DNA of 64,000 nucleotides from Dictyostelium discoideum (Eukaryota): NCBI GenBank assembly GCA_000004695.1, contig CM000151.3, positions 1,856,001 to 1,920,000 of the forward strand, read 5' to 3'. Shown piece by piece: positions 45,589 to 57,149 of this stretch (position 1 is its first letter; each line of letters starts with the position of its first letter). The notes under the pieces were generated by a model. It saw only the letters and a program-made list of their open reading frames with translations, ran no database searches and was not told where the DNA came from. The position numbers and the translations under genes were made by a program.

Positions 45589-46665
45589 ATGGGAAATAAA
45601 AATTCATTGGAACAAAGTGATGGTGCTGGTGATGGTGCTTGTGATTTAATTCCAGACTTTAAAGAATTTGACAAAGATGAAGAATTTGTAAATGTTGTTA
45701 AAAATTTTTTAATAGTTTGTGAAAAAATAATGAAAAAAGAAAATAAAAACTTTTTGGAGAATCAAAATGAATTAATAAAATTAATTTCAAAAACAATCAA
45801 ACAAAGTAAATATTTTGGGGAAATTTCATCAAATATTTCCAAAAATTTAATTAATATAAGAGAAAATTATCTATTGGTTGCCAAAAATCAAATAAATTCT
45901 TCAACAAATAAAGTAGTTAAAGCATTGGAATTAAAAATTGATATTGGAAAAGTGGTGAAAATGGTTAATGTTGGTAAAGATCTCAAAATTGGAGTGCCAA
46001 AATTAAAAGAGATACAATCACAATTAAAAAATTTTACTGAAAGAATTAATTCTCAAAAAGATAATTTATTTTATAAAAAATTAATTAAATTTTTTAAGTT
46101 ACAAGGCAAAATAGATGATAAAAAAAAACCTATTAGTTTATTTGTAGTTGGTGTTTGTAGTGTCCCAGCTGGAGTTATTACTGCGTCCGTTGTTATTACA
46201 ATAGGTTTGTCTGCCTTTCCATTTACAATTCCGGTTTCTGTTTTTATATTAGGCTGTGCAACAACACTAATTTGTTTAATAAATAAATCAATCAACACTG
46301 GTAGAATATATGATCAGTTCATTGAAACAATTAGTTTTATTTCAAGTCAACTAGAAGCTTTCATTTCTCATCTTTCGATTTGTGCAAATGATTTTTGTAA
46401 TGGCTTAACAAAAAGTCTTGAACTGCTAGAAAAATCGGATGACAAGGTTGTTTCAATTGAGCATGTGGATGCAAACATAAAAATAGTTGATAATATATTA
46501 AAAAAAATTCAAACAATTCAAACTCTTTCAAAACAATTGGAATCATATGAAGAATGTTTAAATGTTAAAGGTACAGGATGGAATTTCATGAGATCAATTG
46601 GATTTTCATCTCAATCACAATCCTCGTCACCAACTTCATCATCACAATCTATGGTTAAAAAATAG
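45589..46665 (+). CDS. Coiled-coil protein with a central hydrophobic hairpin and a candidate N-myristoylation signal (MGNKNS); paralogue of 43910..44965.
   Basis: 358 aa with the same tripartite layout. The hydrophobic core reads ISLFVVGVCSVPAGVITASVVITIGLSAFPFTIPVSVFILGCATTLICLI. Gly2/Ser6 fits the myristoylation consensus. Low-complexity Ser/Gln C-terminus. Confidence 0.5.
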   Translation: MGNKNSLEQSDGAGDGACDLIPDFKEFDKDEEFVNVVKNFLIVCEKIMKKENKNFLENQNELIKLISKTIKQSKYFGEISSNISKNLINIRENYLLVAKNQINSSTNKVVKALELKIDIGKVVKMVNVGKDLKIGVPKLKEIQSQLKNFTERINSQKDNLFYKKLIKFFKLQGKIDDKKKPISLFVVGVCSVPAGVITASVVITIGLSAFPFTIPVSVFILGCATTLICLINKSINTGRIYDQFIETISFISSQLEAFISHLSICANDFCNGLTKSLELLEKSDDKVVSIEHVDANIKIVDNILKKIQTIQTLSKQLESYEECLNVKGTGWNFMRSIGFSSQSQSSSPTSSSQSMVKK

Positions 46666-46749
46666 TATTATCACACCAAACAACTCCAATTATAAAATTT
46701 TAATAATAATTCTCTTGAAAATAATAGAAATAATAATAATAATAAATAA

Positions 46750-46786
<37 letters not shown>

Positions 46787-46829
46787 AATAAATTCTTATT
46801 GTTTAATTTTTATTTAAATCTAATTAACT

Positions 46830-47900
46830 TTTGAAATTACAATTTCGCAAATTTTATTAATATCTCTGATAAAACTTTTAATTTACTTTGAAAATGTAAA
46901 ATATTGGATTTGAAGATGAGATTGAGGATTCATTATTACTTATACAGCTGTGTCATTTGTATGGGGATTATTTCTTTTGGTTGAATCAGCAAAATTTAAA
47001 TGTTGACCAAATATAAATTTACCACCTAATCTTCCATAGGATGCTAAAATTCATAATGGTTATCTTTCTTCAATACCCAACCAACGACGACGACGACGAC
47101 GATGACAATGATTGGGTTGTATAATTTTGTTGTTTACTAATTAATTGAAATTGTGACCATAGGTCTTCTTGATAAGATTTACCACCAGTGATGATAAAAT
47201 TTGCTCTAAAATTATGTTTGCTAACCCAATTCCAATCAGAAGGTACACTATCAGGGTTATCATTTATAATTCTCTTTTTTAAATCTTACTCTCCCTTCAT
47301 TAATTAAAAGATATGGTGGTTCATTTGGAAATGAAATTTCATTCGATGAGCCAACTTTTAATTCTCTATGTGATTCTAGTGATTTTCTAACCCAATAACA
47401 TCTTTACCTATAGATTGATATAACCATTCACTAATATTATCAATATTACCACTACCACCACTACTACCACTAGTATTTGAGAAATCTTAATCGCCATATA
47501 ATAAACCATCAACTTTATCACCACAAACTTGAATTTGATCAAAAGCAAATATTGGATAATAAGATAATGGTATTGATAAAAATTTCACCTCTGGTGCAGT
47601 TAAAATTAATTTATCATTAATTAAATCGATTTCAGGTTTGAATCAATACTAAAATTGGTAACTTTTTTTGATTTATATAATTGCCTACCTGTGAATCCTT
47701 GGCACCAAAATTTTCTTACATTAAATAAATCTGTAATTTGTTAGTGATTTCAATTTTATACAAACACTTTGATTATAGTCTCTACAATTCATTCCAAAAT
47801 AACCATTTCCTCTATAGTATCTTGATGAATTCTACCATACATTTTTAAATTATCAATTAATTTATAATTTATTTCAATTTCATTATTATAGTTGTCATCT
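46830..47900 (-). pseudogene. Decayed inverted duplicate of the 3' roughly 1 kb of the mocos gene (MOSC-domain region plus 3' UTR).
   Basis: Minus-strand translation gives [50 protein letters not shown], against mocos [52 protein letters not shown]. Further matches: [35 protein letters not shown], and [12 protein letters not shown]. Even 3'-UTR strings (attgtaatttcaaaa) match. There are many stops, frameshifts and an internal deletion. No ORF of 60 aa or more is present in 46666..48182. Confidence 0.7.
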
Positions 47901-48182
47901 TCATTTTCTTTAATTTATGGTAATAGAAATTGAATATGAAATAAATTTAAAATTTATATTAGAATTCTATAGTAATTTATTAGAATGAATCCATTAACAT
48001 TATTTATATAATAATAGAATAACAATCAGAAAAAGTTTAACTAAATATTTTTTATTTTTTATTTTTTTTTTTTTTATTTTTTTTTTTTTTTCACCTTTTT
48101 TTTTTTTTTTTTTTTTTTTTTTCAGTATCAATGCCCGTGTGTTTATAATAACACAGTCAATAATAAAAAAAAGGCAACAAAA

Positions 48183-48375
48183 ATGAATATACCAAATTTT
48201 ATAATACCGTGTGAAGATTTAATAAATAAACTAATTGATATGTCAGCAGTTCCACTTGGCACATTACCACCAACAGTTTCATTAAAAACTGAAATTTTCA
48301 ATGGTATCTCAAAATTGGAAAATGTTATTATTCAATATGTAAATGAAATCTTAATTGAATTTCCTTTATTAAATG

Positions 48376-48442
<67 letters not shown>

Positions 48443-49965
48443 ATAGATAGATAAAAAAAAAAGAAACACACATATTAAAATATTTACTTTTTTTTTTTTT
48501 TTTTATTATTATTTTTTATTTTTTTTGCTAGGAATTAGAACCATATATATTAGAACAAGTTGAAATTTTAATTGATAGATCAAAATATTTTTATAGTTTA
48601 GGAGAAGTTAATAAAACAGCTAAAGATGTTGAATTCATTATAGATAATTATAATTTACTTTTTCAAAATACAACAGATCCAACTGTTTTAAAAAATTTAT
48701 TTAAATCAGTATTAGGTAGAGTTTGTTCAACACTTAGAAATAAATCAAAAGCAATAAATTATTTAAATCATTCAATTAAAGCATTTCATTCAATTCCAAT
48801 CGTTCAAGATTATTTATCAACTTGTATTATACTTGGTGATAAAACTGATGATTTATTCTTTAGTATAATAATGGATGATAATAATAATAATAACTCATCA
48901 ATAACAATCAATAATAATAACAATAAAAATAAAAGTAATAATAAAAATAAAAAAGATAATTATAGTAAAAGATATATTAGAGAAGAAGATTTTAGATTTG
49001 ATACAGATTATGATGTTAGACATTCAGATGACGATGACGATGACGATGATGATGAAGATTATGAAGATGAAGATGAAGATGATGAATTTGAAGAGGATGA
49101 AATATTAAATGATGATGATTACTATTTTAAATCACAAGAAGCAATAATTAGATCATATAAATTTAATGACAATATTAATTATAGTTTAAAGAATGAAGAT
49201 TTTGATAACTGTGGTGATAATGATAGTGGTAATAATAATAATAACAATAATGCAACAACAACCTCTCCAACAGTAATTAAACCATTTAGTATTGGTACAA
49301 TTAATAAATTTCAAATAATTGAAACACCATCACTATCAACTGTAATAAAGAAATCAAATAATACTTTAATATTATTAGAGATGGTTAAAACATTATTAAA
49401 AAATATAAATGGATTAATATTGATTAATATTGATTTCAACGTTTCAACAATCGATGAAATTGAAGAACAAATCAATTATTTCATAACAGTAAAGCAATTC
49501 TTTTCAAATCAAATATTATTAATTTTTACAAATTGTAAATCTTCAAAAGATTCTGTTGATTTTATTGAATTCTTTAAAAAGAAACTATTATCTTCATCAT
49601 CAAATAATACCAATAATAATAATAATAATATTAATGTAGAAATACCACCAATTTTTATGTATGAACATCATGTTAATCAAATTAAAGAATATATGTAAGT
49701 TTATTTATTATTATTATATATCTTTTTTTTTTTTTTTTTAAAAAATATTTACTTACATTTTATTTATTTTTTTAGATTAAAATTTAAAAATTTCCCAGCT
49801 AGTCCATTTAAAAAGAATAATTTAAGTAATATGTTTAATGGATTAACAGTTGATCAACAAAATCAAATGGACAGATTACAACAAGAACAACAAAGAAAAC
49901 AACGATCACAAGAAATTGATTTTGATATTTTAGATAAAATTAATAAATTGGATTTAAATAAATAA
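48183..49965 (+). CDS. Protein of unknown function with an acidic (D/E) stretch and poly-Asn tracts; join(48183..48374,48532..49694,49776..49965).
   Basis: Exon 1 ends ...EFPLLN at a GTAAAT donor. The intron consists largely of (AAAT)n and ends TTGCTAG. Exon 2 is in frame with track ORF 48871..49698 and ends at GTAAGT (49695). Exon 3 follows a TTTTTTTAG acceptor and ends ...KINKLDLNK*. Confidence 0.45.
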
Positions 49966-50037
49966 AAAAAAAAAAAAAAAAAAAAAAAAAGATTTAAGAA
50001 TTATTATTTAAAATTTTATTTAATTTCTTTTTTTATT

Positions 50038-50688
50038 TTACCATAACTCTAAACCTAAAGTTTTTCTTTGTAATTCATTTAGATGATCAATATTAATTTT
50101 ATTCTTTTCAATAGATTTTTTAATTGATTCTTGTCTTCTTACTAATGTTTCTTTTGGAATTTGATCTGAACCAAACATTTTTAAAAACATTGCCATTCTT
50201 GGACGATGATTATTATTTGGTGATGAACCATGTAAAAGTTTTTGATTAAAGAGAATCAAAGAACCATGTCTAGCAGTGACTCTAATAGCTCTACCATATA
50301 GTGGATTACCAGGTTCAATACAAACGAAATTACTATGATAACCATATTGTTCTTTAATTTGTGCATTATTTAATGTCCATTCTTTAATGTGTGAATGGAA
50401 ACCTGGTACCACAATGAATCCACCATCTTCTTTTTTATTATCACATAAATTAATTAATGCTTGAATGTTTGTTACATTTAAATCAATGAATTCAGGTTGA
50501 TTATTTTCAATAAAGAAATCTTCGCCATTCTTATAGGTTAATGTTGAAAATACTTTTTTTCTATTATTATCTTCTTCATCCTCTATAAATGTGAATGGAT
50601 TTAAATCTAAATGTAAATTTTCAACTGTTTTCCATTTATTAAAATTTGATTCAACTATTGCTGTTTTTGTTTTTTCTGTTGATGTTAC

Positions 50689-50727
<39 letters not shown>

Positions 50728-51179
50728 ATTATTTGTATTTATATCTGTGGTTGTTGATGTTGATTCTTCAATACCATTATTAAACTGATGATCAGGTGTA
50801 ATATTTGGAAATGGTAATTTACAATCTTTAGTTGGTCTAAAGAAACCAAATCTATCATGATTTATATATAAATCTTTACGATTTAATAATGTTGAATAAA
50901 TTGAATAAATCTTTGGATTGGATCTATTGGCAATTGTAGTTTCAGAGAAAACTGGTGGATATCCAACTATTCCCTCTTGTGATAAATTTGGCCATACACC
51001 TTCCCAAGTTTTTGGATCATTTCTCTTTATTGTTTTCTCTTCTGATTTCATTGAATCATGATATGATGCCCATTTAAATGATTCAATATAATTCCAAATA
51101 TCATCTATAGTTTTTTGACATTCTGATTTACTTAAAACATCTCTAATTACAACAAATCCAAATTTATTAAAAAACTAAT

Positions 51180-51211
<32 letters not shown>

Positions 51212-51405
51212 GTTAATTAGTAATAATTATATTATATATATAATTAAATATTACATACTTCTGTGTATTCTGTTTGTTGCTCAACACTAAATGATGTAAT
51301 ATAACCTTCTACATCTTTTTGAACATCATAAATTGGTGGTAAATAAAGTGAATTATCTTTATATTCAAATGTTTTTTTAGTTTTTGAGGTTGTTGTATTG
51401 TTCAT
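50038..51405 (-). CDS. Phytanoyl-CoA dioxygenase (PhyH)-like Fe(II)/2-oxoglutarate oxygenase; join(51405..51259,51174..50038) on the minus strand.
   Basis: Exon 1 MNNTTTSKTKKTFEYKDNSLYLPPIYDVQKDVEGYITSFSVEQQTEYTE ends at a GTATGT donor. Exon 2 FFNKFGFVVIRDVLSKSECQKTIDDIWNYI has the PhyH N-terminal signature. The downstream segments FIVVPGFHSHIKEW and RHGSLILFNQKLLHGSSPN fit the His-x-Asp...His facial triad arrangement. Confidence 0.55.
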
Positions 51406-51749
51406 GTTTCACTGTATTGAGAAAAAAAAAAAAAATATAAAAATAAAAAAAAAAAAAAAAAATTAATAAATCTAATTTTAGGAAGTGGGAAATAAAAAAT
51501 AAAAAATAAAAAAATAAAAAAAAAAAAAAAAAAAAAAAAAAATAAAAAATTTCAAAGAACCACTTACAAATTATTGATATACGTTGGCCACATGTGGAAA
51601 TTATTATTAATCTAATTTTATTCTTATAAGAACATATCACTAAAAACATCTTCATATTGATCTTTTTCTTTTGAAACTTTTTTATTAACTACTTCTTGAC
51701 TTGCACTAATTTCATCATAATTTTCAATTGATTTCCTTTTCTTTTTTAA

Positions 51750-52490
51750 TTAATTATCATCATCTTCATCTTCATATTCTTCTTCTTCTTGATCTTTATA
51801 TTGATCTTCATCTTCATCTTCATCTTCACTATTATCATTTTTGTTTTTTTTTCTTTTTTTATTTTTATTTTTATTTTTATTTTTTTCATCTTTTAAAAAT
51901 TTTTTTAATTCTTTTTTCTTTTTTTTAATATTACTATAATTTAATAATTTTGAACATAATGGGCAAAGTACAACTTTAACTAATGCAACTTTATTTTCAT
52001 TTAATTCATTATATGAAAATGGTACTTCAAAACTTTTTAAATCATCCATTTTATTGTTATTGGTAGTAGTTGAGGAAGAGGTAGAAGAAGAAGATTCACA
52101 TTTTTTATTTGCACAAGTGAATTGACCACGACCCATAATCACTTCGGATTCAATTCTCCAACGTAGACCAATTTCACCACTTTTATATCTTGATAAATCA
52201 ATGATTGCATACTCTTTATATAATCTATCGTAATAAGTTTTTGCTAATTTCTCTTCCCATGTTAATTGATTAATATCTTCGTTTTCATTTTCATCCCTTA
52301 AGAATTGATGATTCTCTTTTAAAACTTGATAATCTGTTTTAAAATTTTTATATTTATCTTCTGTTTGTTGCTGATTCTTTTTATTATTTTTATTATTCTT
52401 TTGATTTAAATAATTTTCAATTAATTTCTTATGTCTTTCAACTGCATCTAATTTTTTTAATAATTCATATTGTTCTTTATTTATTTCCAT
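51750..52490 (-). CDS. FRA10AC1 (folate-sensitive fragile site protein Fra10Ac1) homologue.
   Basis: The Dictyostelium ORF's conserved core YYDRLYKEYAIIDLSRYKSGEIGLRWRIESEVIMGRGQFTCANKKC ... KVALVKVVLCPLCSKLLNY matches the Fra10Ac1 domain (YDRLFKEYCIADLSRYKENKIGFRWR...GKGQFFCGNKYC...ALVKLRLCQECSIKLNF). A basic/acidic C-terminal tail follows. Confidence 0.65.
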   Translation of the reverse strand: MEINKEQYELLKKLDAVERHKKLIENYLNQKNNKNNKKNQQQTEDKYKNFKTDYQVLKENHQFLRDENENEDINQLTWEEKLAKTYYDRLYKEYAIIDLSRYKSGEIGLRWRIESEVIMGRGQFTCANKKCESSSSTSSSTTTNNNKMDDLKSFEVPFSYNELNENKVALVKVVLCPLCSKLLNYSNIKKKKKELKKFLKDEKNKNKNKNKKRKKNKNDNSEDEDEDEDQYKDQEEEEYEDEDDDN

Positions 52491-52715
52491 TATTAATTAT
52501 TACTATAAATTTATAGTAAATATATATGTATAATATATTAATTAAATACAAGTGTGTTCACACTCTGAGCGTGTGAAAATTTGGAAAATAGTTTTTTTTT
52601 TTTTTTTTTTTTTCATGATTTTTTAATTTTTTTTTTTTTATTTTTTTTTTTTTTTTTTTTAAATTTTATTTTAAATATTTTATTTTCAATTGACTAAAAT
52701 AGAAATAAACGAGAA

Positions 52716-53587
52716 ATGTCACAATCTAAAGCAAGAGATTCAACAACCGATTCAGCATGTCATGTATTAAAAGGTGCAATTGTTAAAGTTTTAGGTACAC
52801 CAATAACAATTTCAGTTGAATGTAATAATAAAGTTAAAGGTAGAATCTCTGTTGAATATGAACATCCAGAGAAACCAAGTCAAGAACTTATCAATAAAAT
52901 TGAAGAAGAAGCAAATTTAATCATTAAACAAAATTTAGAATTTAAAACTTTTAAAATTGATAAAAAAGAAGCTGAATCAAAATATAAATCAAATTTAGTA
53001 AATAATACATATATTTATGATAAATTCCCAGTACCAGAGTATGTTTTTTTTTTTTTTTTTTATGATAATAATTATTATTATAATAATAATTATTAATTTT
53101 TTTTTTTATTTTTTTATTTTTTATTTTTTTTTTTAAAAAAAAAAATAGATCAGTTACAGAATTATCATTAGTTGAATTAGAAAATTGGAATATAAATTGT
53201 TGTCCAGCTGTTCATTTAAAAACAACTGGTGAAATTGGTGGAATTAAGATTGCAGGTATTAATCATAGACCAGCAAAGAAAGAATTGGAATTTAGATTTG
53301 ATATTGTTGCTTCTGTTGTTTCAACAACAACAGCAAAACCAACTGGTAGAGGTGCTCCTAAAAAAGATGCTGCAGTTGTTAATGAAACATCTTTTGAAGG
53401 TTCAAATTTAAAAGATACAAATGTTCAATATCTTACTCAAAAAATCATTAAATTAGTTTTAGATTCAAAAGATTCAAAAGATAGTGAAAAAGAACAAACA
53501 ACATTAGAAATTGAACAATTATTAACAATTTTAAAAAATACATCATATACTAATGGTTCACAAAGTGTCATTATTTCAAGAAAATAG
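52716..53587 (+). CDS. AlaX-type (alanyl/threonyl-tRNA synthetase editing, tRNA_SAD-like) small protein with a variant metal-binding motif; join(52716..53038,53149..53587).
   Basis: Exon 1 ...DSACHVLKGAIVKVLGTP ... YIYDKFPVPE ends at a GTATGT donor (phase 2). Exon 2 continues (E)SVTELSLVELENWNINCCPAVHLKTTGEIGGIKIAGI. The TTGEIG-IKI block matches the editing-domain CGGTHV..TGEIG.FKI signature of AlaRS/AlaX. The usual HxxxH is replaced by DSACH, and CxxxH is retained as CPAVH. Confidence 0.45.
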
Positions 53588-53662
53588 AAAATAAAATTAA
53601 AATTAAAATATATCTTTAAATTATTATTATTATTATTATTATTATTACTTTTTATTATTTTA

Positions 53663-54301
53663 TTATTCCCAATTTTTAAAAATTAATGATTTATAATTAT
53701 CATTATTTTTTAAATTTAAAAGGTTTATATTATTTTCACCATTTTCAAATTCTAATAAAATCTCTTTAAATACATTTACACTACCAATTTGTTTGAAATT
53801 CATTGATTTAAACATTTGGATTGATGGTTGGTTTGATTCACCAATTTTGACGATATATTTTTTAGTAATTGTTGATAGGTGTTCGATACCGTAACCCATG
53901 ATAATTGAAATGGCTTCCCTGGCAAGCCCTTTTCTTCTTGAGGTTGGTTCTGCTATCATAACTTCTAACTCTGCAGTACCCTCATCTTCATATTGGTTGA
54001 AAAAGATATTAACATCACCAATCATTGATTTTATATCATTTTCATTGGAATATCCATTTGAGTCTTTTTCATTCTCCAATAATAAATCTTTATCTAATAT
54101 AATAAATGTAATTTTATGGTCATCTTTAAACCAACTTTCTTGATTTTCAAATTCTTCTTCAATTGTTAATTCTTCCGATGCTGTTTGTTCCCTAATCTCT
54201 TCACTTTGCATCCATTTCCAATATTTTTCAACATGTTTTTTTTTATATGGTACTAATATTACTTTTTTACCAATTATAATTGTATTTGAATTAATTTTCA
54301 T
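53663..54301 (-). CDS. N-acetyltransferase 9 (NAT9)-like GNAT acetyltransferase.
   Basis: KKVILVPYKKKHVEKYWKWMQSEEIREQTASEELTIEEE is NAT9-like. The GNAT motif A reads EVMIAEPTSRRKGLAREAISIIMGYG. Also present: KIGESNQPSIQMFKSMNFKQI. Confidence 0.7.
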   Translation of the reverse strand: MKINSNTIIIGKKVILVPYKKKHVEKYWKWMQSEEIREQTASEELTIEEEFENQESWFKDDHKITFIILDKDLLLENEKDSNGYSNENDIKSMIGDVNIFFNQYEDEGTAELEVMIAEPTSRRKGLAREAISIIMGYGIEHLSTITKKYIVKIGESNQPSIQMFKSMNFKQIGSVNVFKEILLEFENGENNINLLNLKNNDNYKSLIFKNWE

Positions 54302-54315
54302 TTTTTAATAATCCA

Positions 54316-54355
<40 letters not shown>

Positions 54356-54510
54356 AATTTTATTTTTTTTTTATTTTTGTTTTAATTTTTGAGGAAAATT
54401 AACGAACGAAAAAAATGAAAAATAAAAAATAAGATATTTTCACACTTTTTTTTTTTTTCACTTTTTCATTAAGATAATTTATTTATAGAATATATATATT
54501 TTTTAATAAA

Positions 54511-55234
54511 ATGTCAGATAGTAGTGATGATGAAATAACTTTATCAAAAGAATCATTAAGTGCATTACAAGATTTTTATAAATCAAGAGAAGTTGAACAA
54601 CAAGATAAATTTGAAATTAGTGAAGATTGGCAATTATCACAATTTTGGTATGAAGAAGAAACTTCAAAATTCGTTGCAAATGTAATTGAACAAGAAACTA
54701 TTGGTGGTAATGTCGTAGTTTGTTTATCAACTCCTTCAATTTATAAAGTTTTACATGTATGATATCATATATTATAAAATAAAAACAAAACATATGTTAC
54801 AAAATTATTAATACATTTATAAAAAAAAAAAAAAAAATAATTAGAAAAATAATAATTTATTATTAAATAATAATTTATTTGAATATGATAAAAGATTTGA
54901 TGTATATGGTGAAAAATTCCATTTTTATGATTATAATAATCCAGAAGATGGTATTTCAGAACAATTAAAAGGAAATGTTGATTATATTTGTTTAGATCCA
55001 CCATTTTTAAGTGAAGAATGTATTGAAAAGGTTGCAAAAACAATTGCATTATTAAGAAAACCAACAACTCGTTTATTATTATTAACTGGTCGTATTCAAT
55101 GGAATAATATTCAAAAATATTTACCAGAAATGATGATTTGTGAATTTGAACCAAAACATCCAAGATTACAAAATGATTTCTTTTGTTGTTCAAATTATCA
55201 TTCAAAATTACTTGGTTTAGAAAATAAAAAATAA
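54511..55234 (+). CDS. eEF1A lysine methyltransferase 1 (EEF1AKMT1 / N6AMT2 / yeast Efm5 family); join(54511..54756,54845..55234).
   Basis: Exon 1 MSDSSDDEITLSKESLSALQDFYKSRE...DWQLSQFWYEEETS...VVVCLSTPSIYKVLH ends at a GTATGA donor. Exon 2 ...FEYDKRFDVYGEKFHFYDYNNPED...ICLDPPFLSEECIEKVAKT carries the family motifs WQLSQFWY and DPPF. Confidence 0.8.
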
Positions 55235-55543
55235 AAAAAAAAAAAATAAAAACATATAGTATAATAAATTCTGATTTTCTTTATTTTTATTTTTATTTTT
55301 TAATCATTTTATCTTAAACTATTATTATCATTAAAAGAATGAACATCTTGATTATTACTAATAACTGATGGTGCTTCATTGAAAACACCAAATCAAATAC
55401 AATACCAACCAAGTTGAAAAATCAACTTCAATCAATAAAATTATAAAATAAATAAAATTAATTTTGAATAAACAATAAAAATATTTTATTTAGTTTTAAA
55501 TTCAATTATAATTGAATTTTTATTTTTTTTTTTTTTTATTTTT

Positions 55544-56632
55544 TTAATAAAGATTTGGATCTAAAATAGTTTCATATGGAACAAATAATGAATCAATACC
55601 ATTAGTTTCAATAAATGGAGAATCTTTGTGAATGTATCTTGGTGTCATTAGTGCCCAATCACGATTACCACAAATAATTTCATGTAATTGTTCAACTAAG
55701 TAAATAACACCATTCATTTCTTCTTCACTTATATGGCTAAGTGATTTGATTAACAATTTTTCATCATTTTGGATATCAAAAATGCATTGTTTTGCTTCTG
55801 CTATTAATTCAGAATAAACTTTTTCAAATGGTAAATTCAATTTCTTTTGGAGGATGTAAAGACAATTTTCACCAGCACAATCATGATTTAGTTCCTTTGC
55901 ATATGAAACACAATCATTAAAAATAATGATTTGTCTTGATGCTGATCTCACCATTCTATTCCAAATTGGATTTAACCAAAATGATCCATGGACATTAGTT
56001 CTAACAGCAACACTATTAACACCCACGACAAAGAATAATCCAATATTAATGGTTCTAATAAATTGATATACTTCAATTGGAACTGAATCATGATTATTTC
56101 CTTTTGATTTTTTCAATGGAATAATTGAAAAGAACCATTCTCTTAAATAATGAATAAAGATATTGAATGATTCAATTCTATGAATTGTTGGATTTAATAA
56201 TCTTTTTCTTAATATTAAAGAGTATTTATCTAATGGAGTCAAGTCATTATATTCAATATTTGAAATATATGAACTATCTTTACCAAAGATTAATATATCT
56301 TCATACTTTTTAACACAATACTGTTGTTTTTCATCAGTCATATGGTCACGTTCAAGAAAGTCATCCAAAACGAATATCCACAACATAATACTGGCGGCAA
56401 CCATACATTGTTCATAATCATACTTTGGATAGAACCATGTTACACAATTTAGAACTCCATTGGCATAAGCAAAATGTTTTTCATTTGAAGCTTCAAATAT
56501 ACCACAACTGACTCCTTCATTATAGGTATCTTTGATATGTTTATAATTTTTATTTATTGGATAAGACCATTCACTTGGGAAATAAAATTTTTTTAAGCTA
56601 TATAACGGTTTTTCAAGATTAATAGTTTCCAT
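55544..56632 (-). CDS. Class I terpene synthase (Dictyostelium TPS-type, microbial-like isoprenoid synthase fold).
   Basis: 362-aa single-exon ORF. Aspartate-rich motif FVLDDFLERD. NSE/DTE-type second metal-binding motif IIFNDCVSYAKELNHD. The length and helical pattern are typical of microbial-type sesquiterpene synthases. Confidence 0.75.
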   Translation of the reverse strand: METINLEKPLYSLKKFYFPSEWSYPINKNYKHIKDTYNEGVSCGIFEASNEKHFAYANGVLNCVTWFYPKYDYEQCMVAASIMLWIFVLDDFLERDHMTDEKQQYCVKKYEDILIFGKDSSYISNIEYNDLTPLDKYSLILRKRLLNPTIHRIESFNIFIHYLREWFFSIIPLKKSKGNNHDSVPIEVYQFIRTINIGLFFVVGVNSVAVRTNVHGSFWLNPIWNRMVRSASRQIIIFNDCVSYAKELNHDCAGENCLYILQKKLNLPFEKVYSELIAEAKQCIFDIQNDEKLLIKSLSHISEEEMNGVIYLVEQLHEIICGNRDWALMTPRYIHKDSPFIETNGIDSLFVPYETILDPNLY

Positions 56633-56961
56633 TTTTTGATTTTTAATTTGAAATGATTTTTTTTTTTTGTTAAAATTTATGTTTAAATATTTTTTTTTTT
56701 GTGGAATAATAATAATTTTTTTTTTTGCCTTTACTTGAATAGATTAATTATTATTTATTATTTTTTTGATTTTTGTGTGTTAATAATTGATTAAATTTTT
56801 TGTGGTTAAAAAAAACCGTTTTGGGGCTATTTTTAGAATTATTATATCAAATTTCCTTATTCCAACAAATGGTAATAAAGAATATAATTACAATAATAAG
56901 TGGATAAATACTAAATAAATGCATTTAATTTTTTTTTAACCTTTTTTTAACCTTTTTTTAA

Positions 56962-57019
<58 letters not shown>

Positions 57020-57149
57020 CCACTTTTTTTTTAATATAAATTTGCAAATCATTTTTTATTCACTTAAAATTTTTTTTTTTTTTTTTTTTTTATTTTTTTT
57101 ATTTTTTTAATTTTTTTTAATTGGATAAAAAATTAAAAAATATTAGTAA

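Noticed and set aside
54765-55205. Minus ORF 54765..55205 (146 aa, Asn/Tyr/Ile-rich).
   Set aside because: It is antisense to exon 2 of the EEF1AKMT1-like gene, which has strong family motifs on the plus strand.
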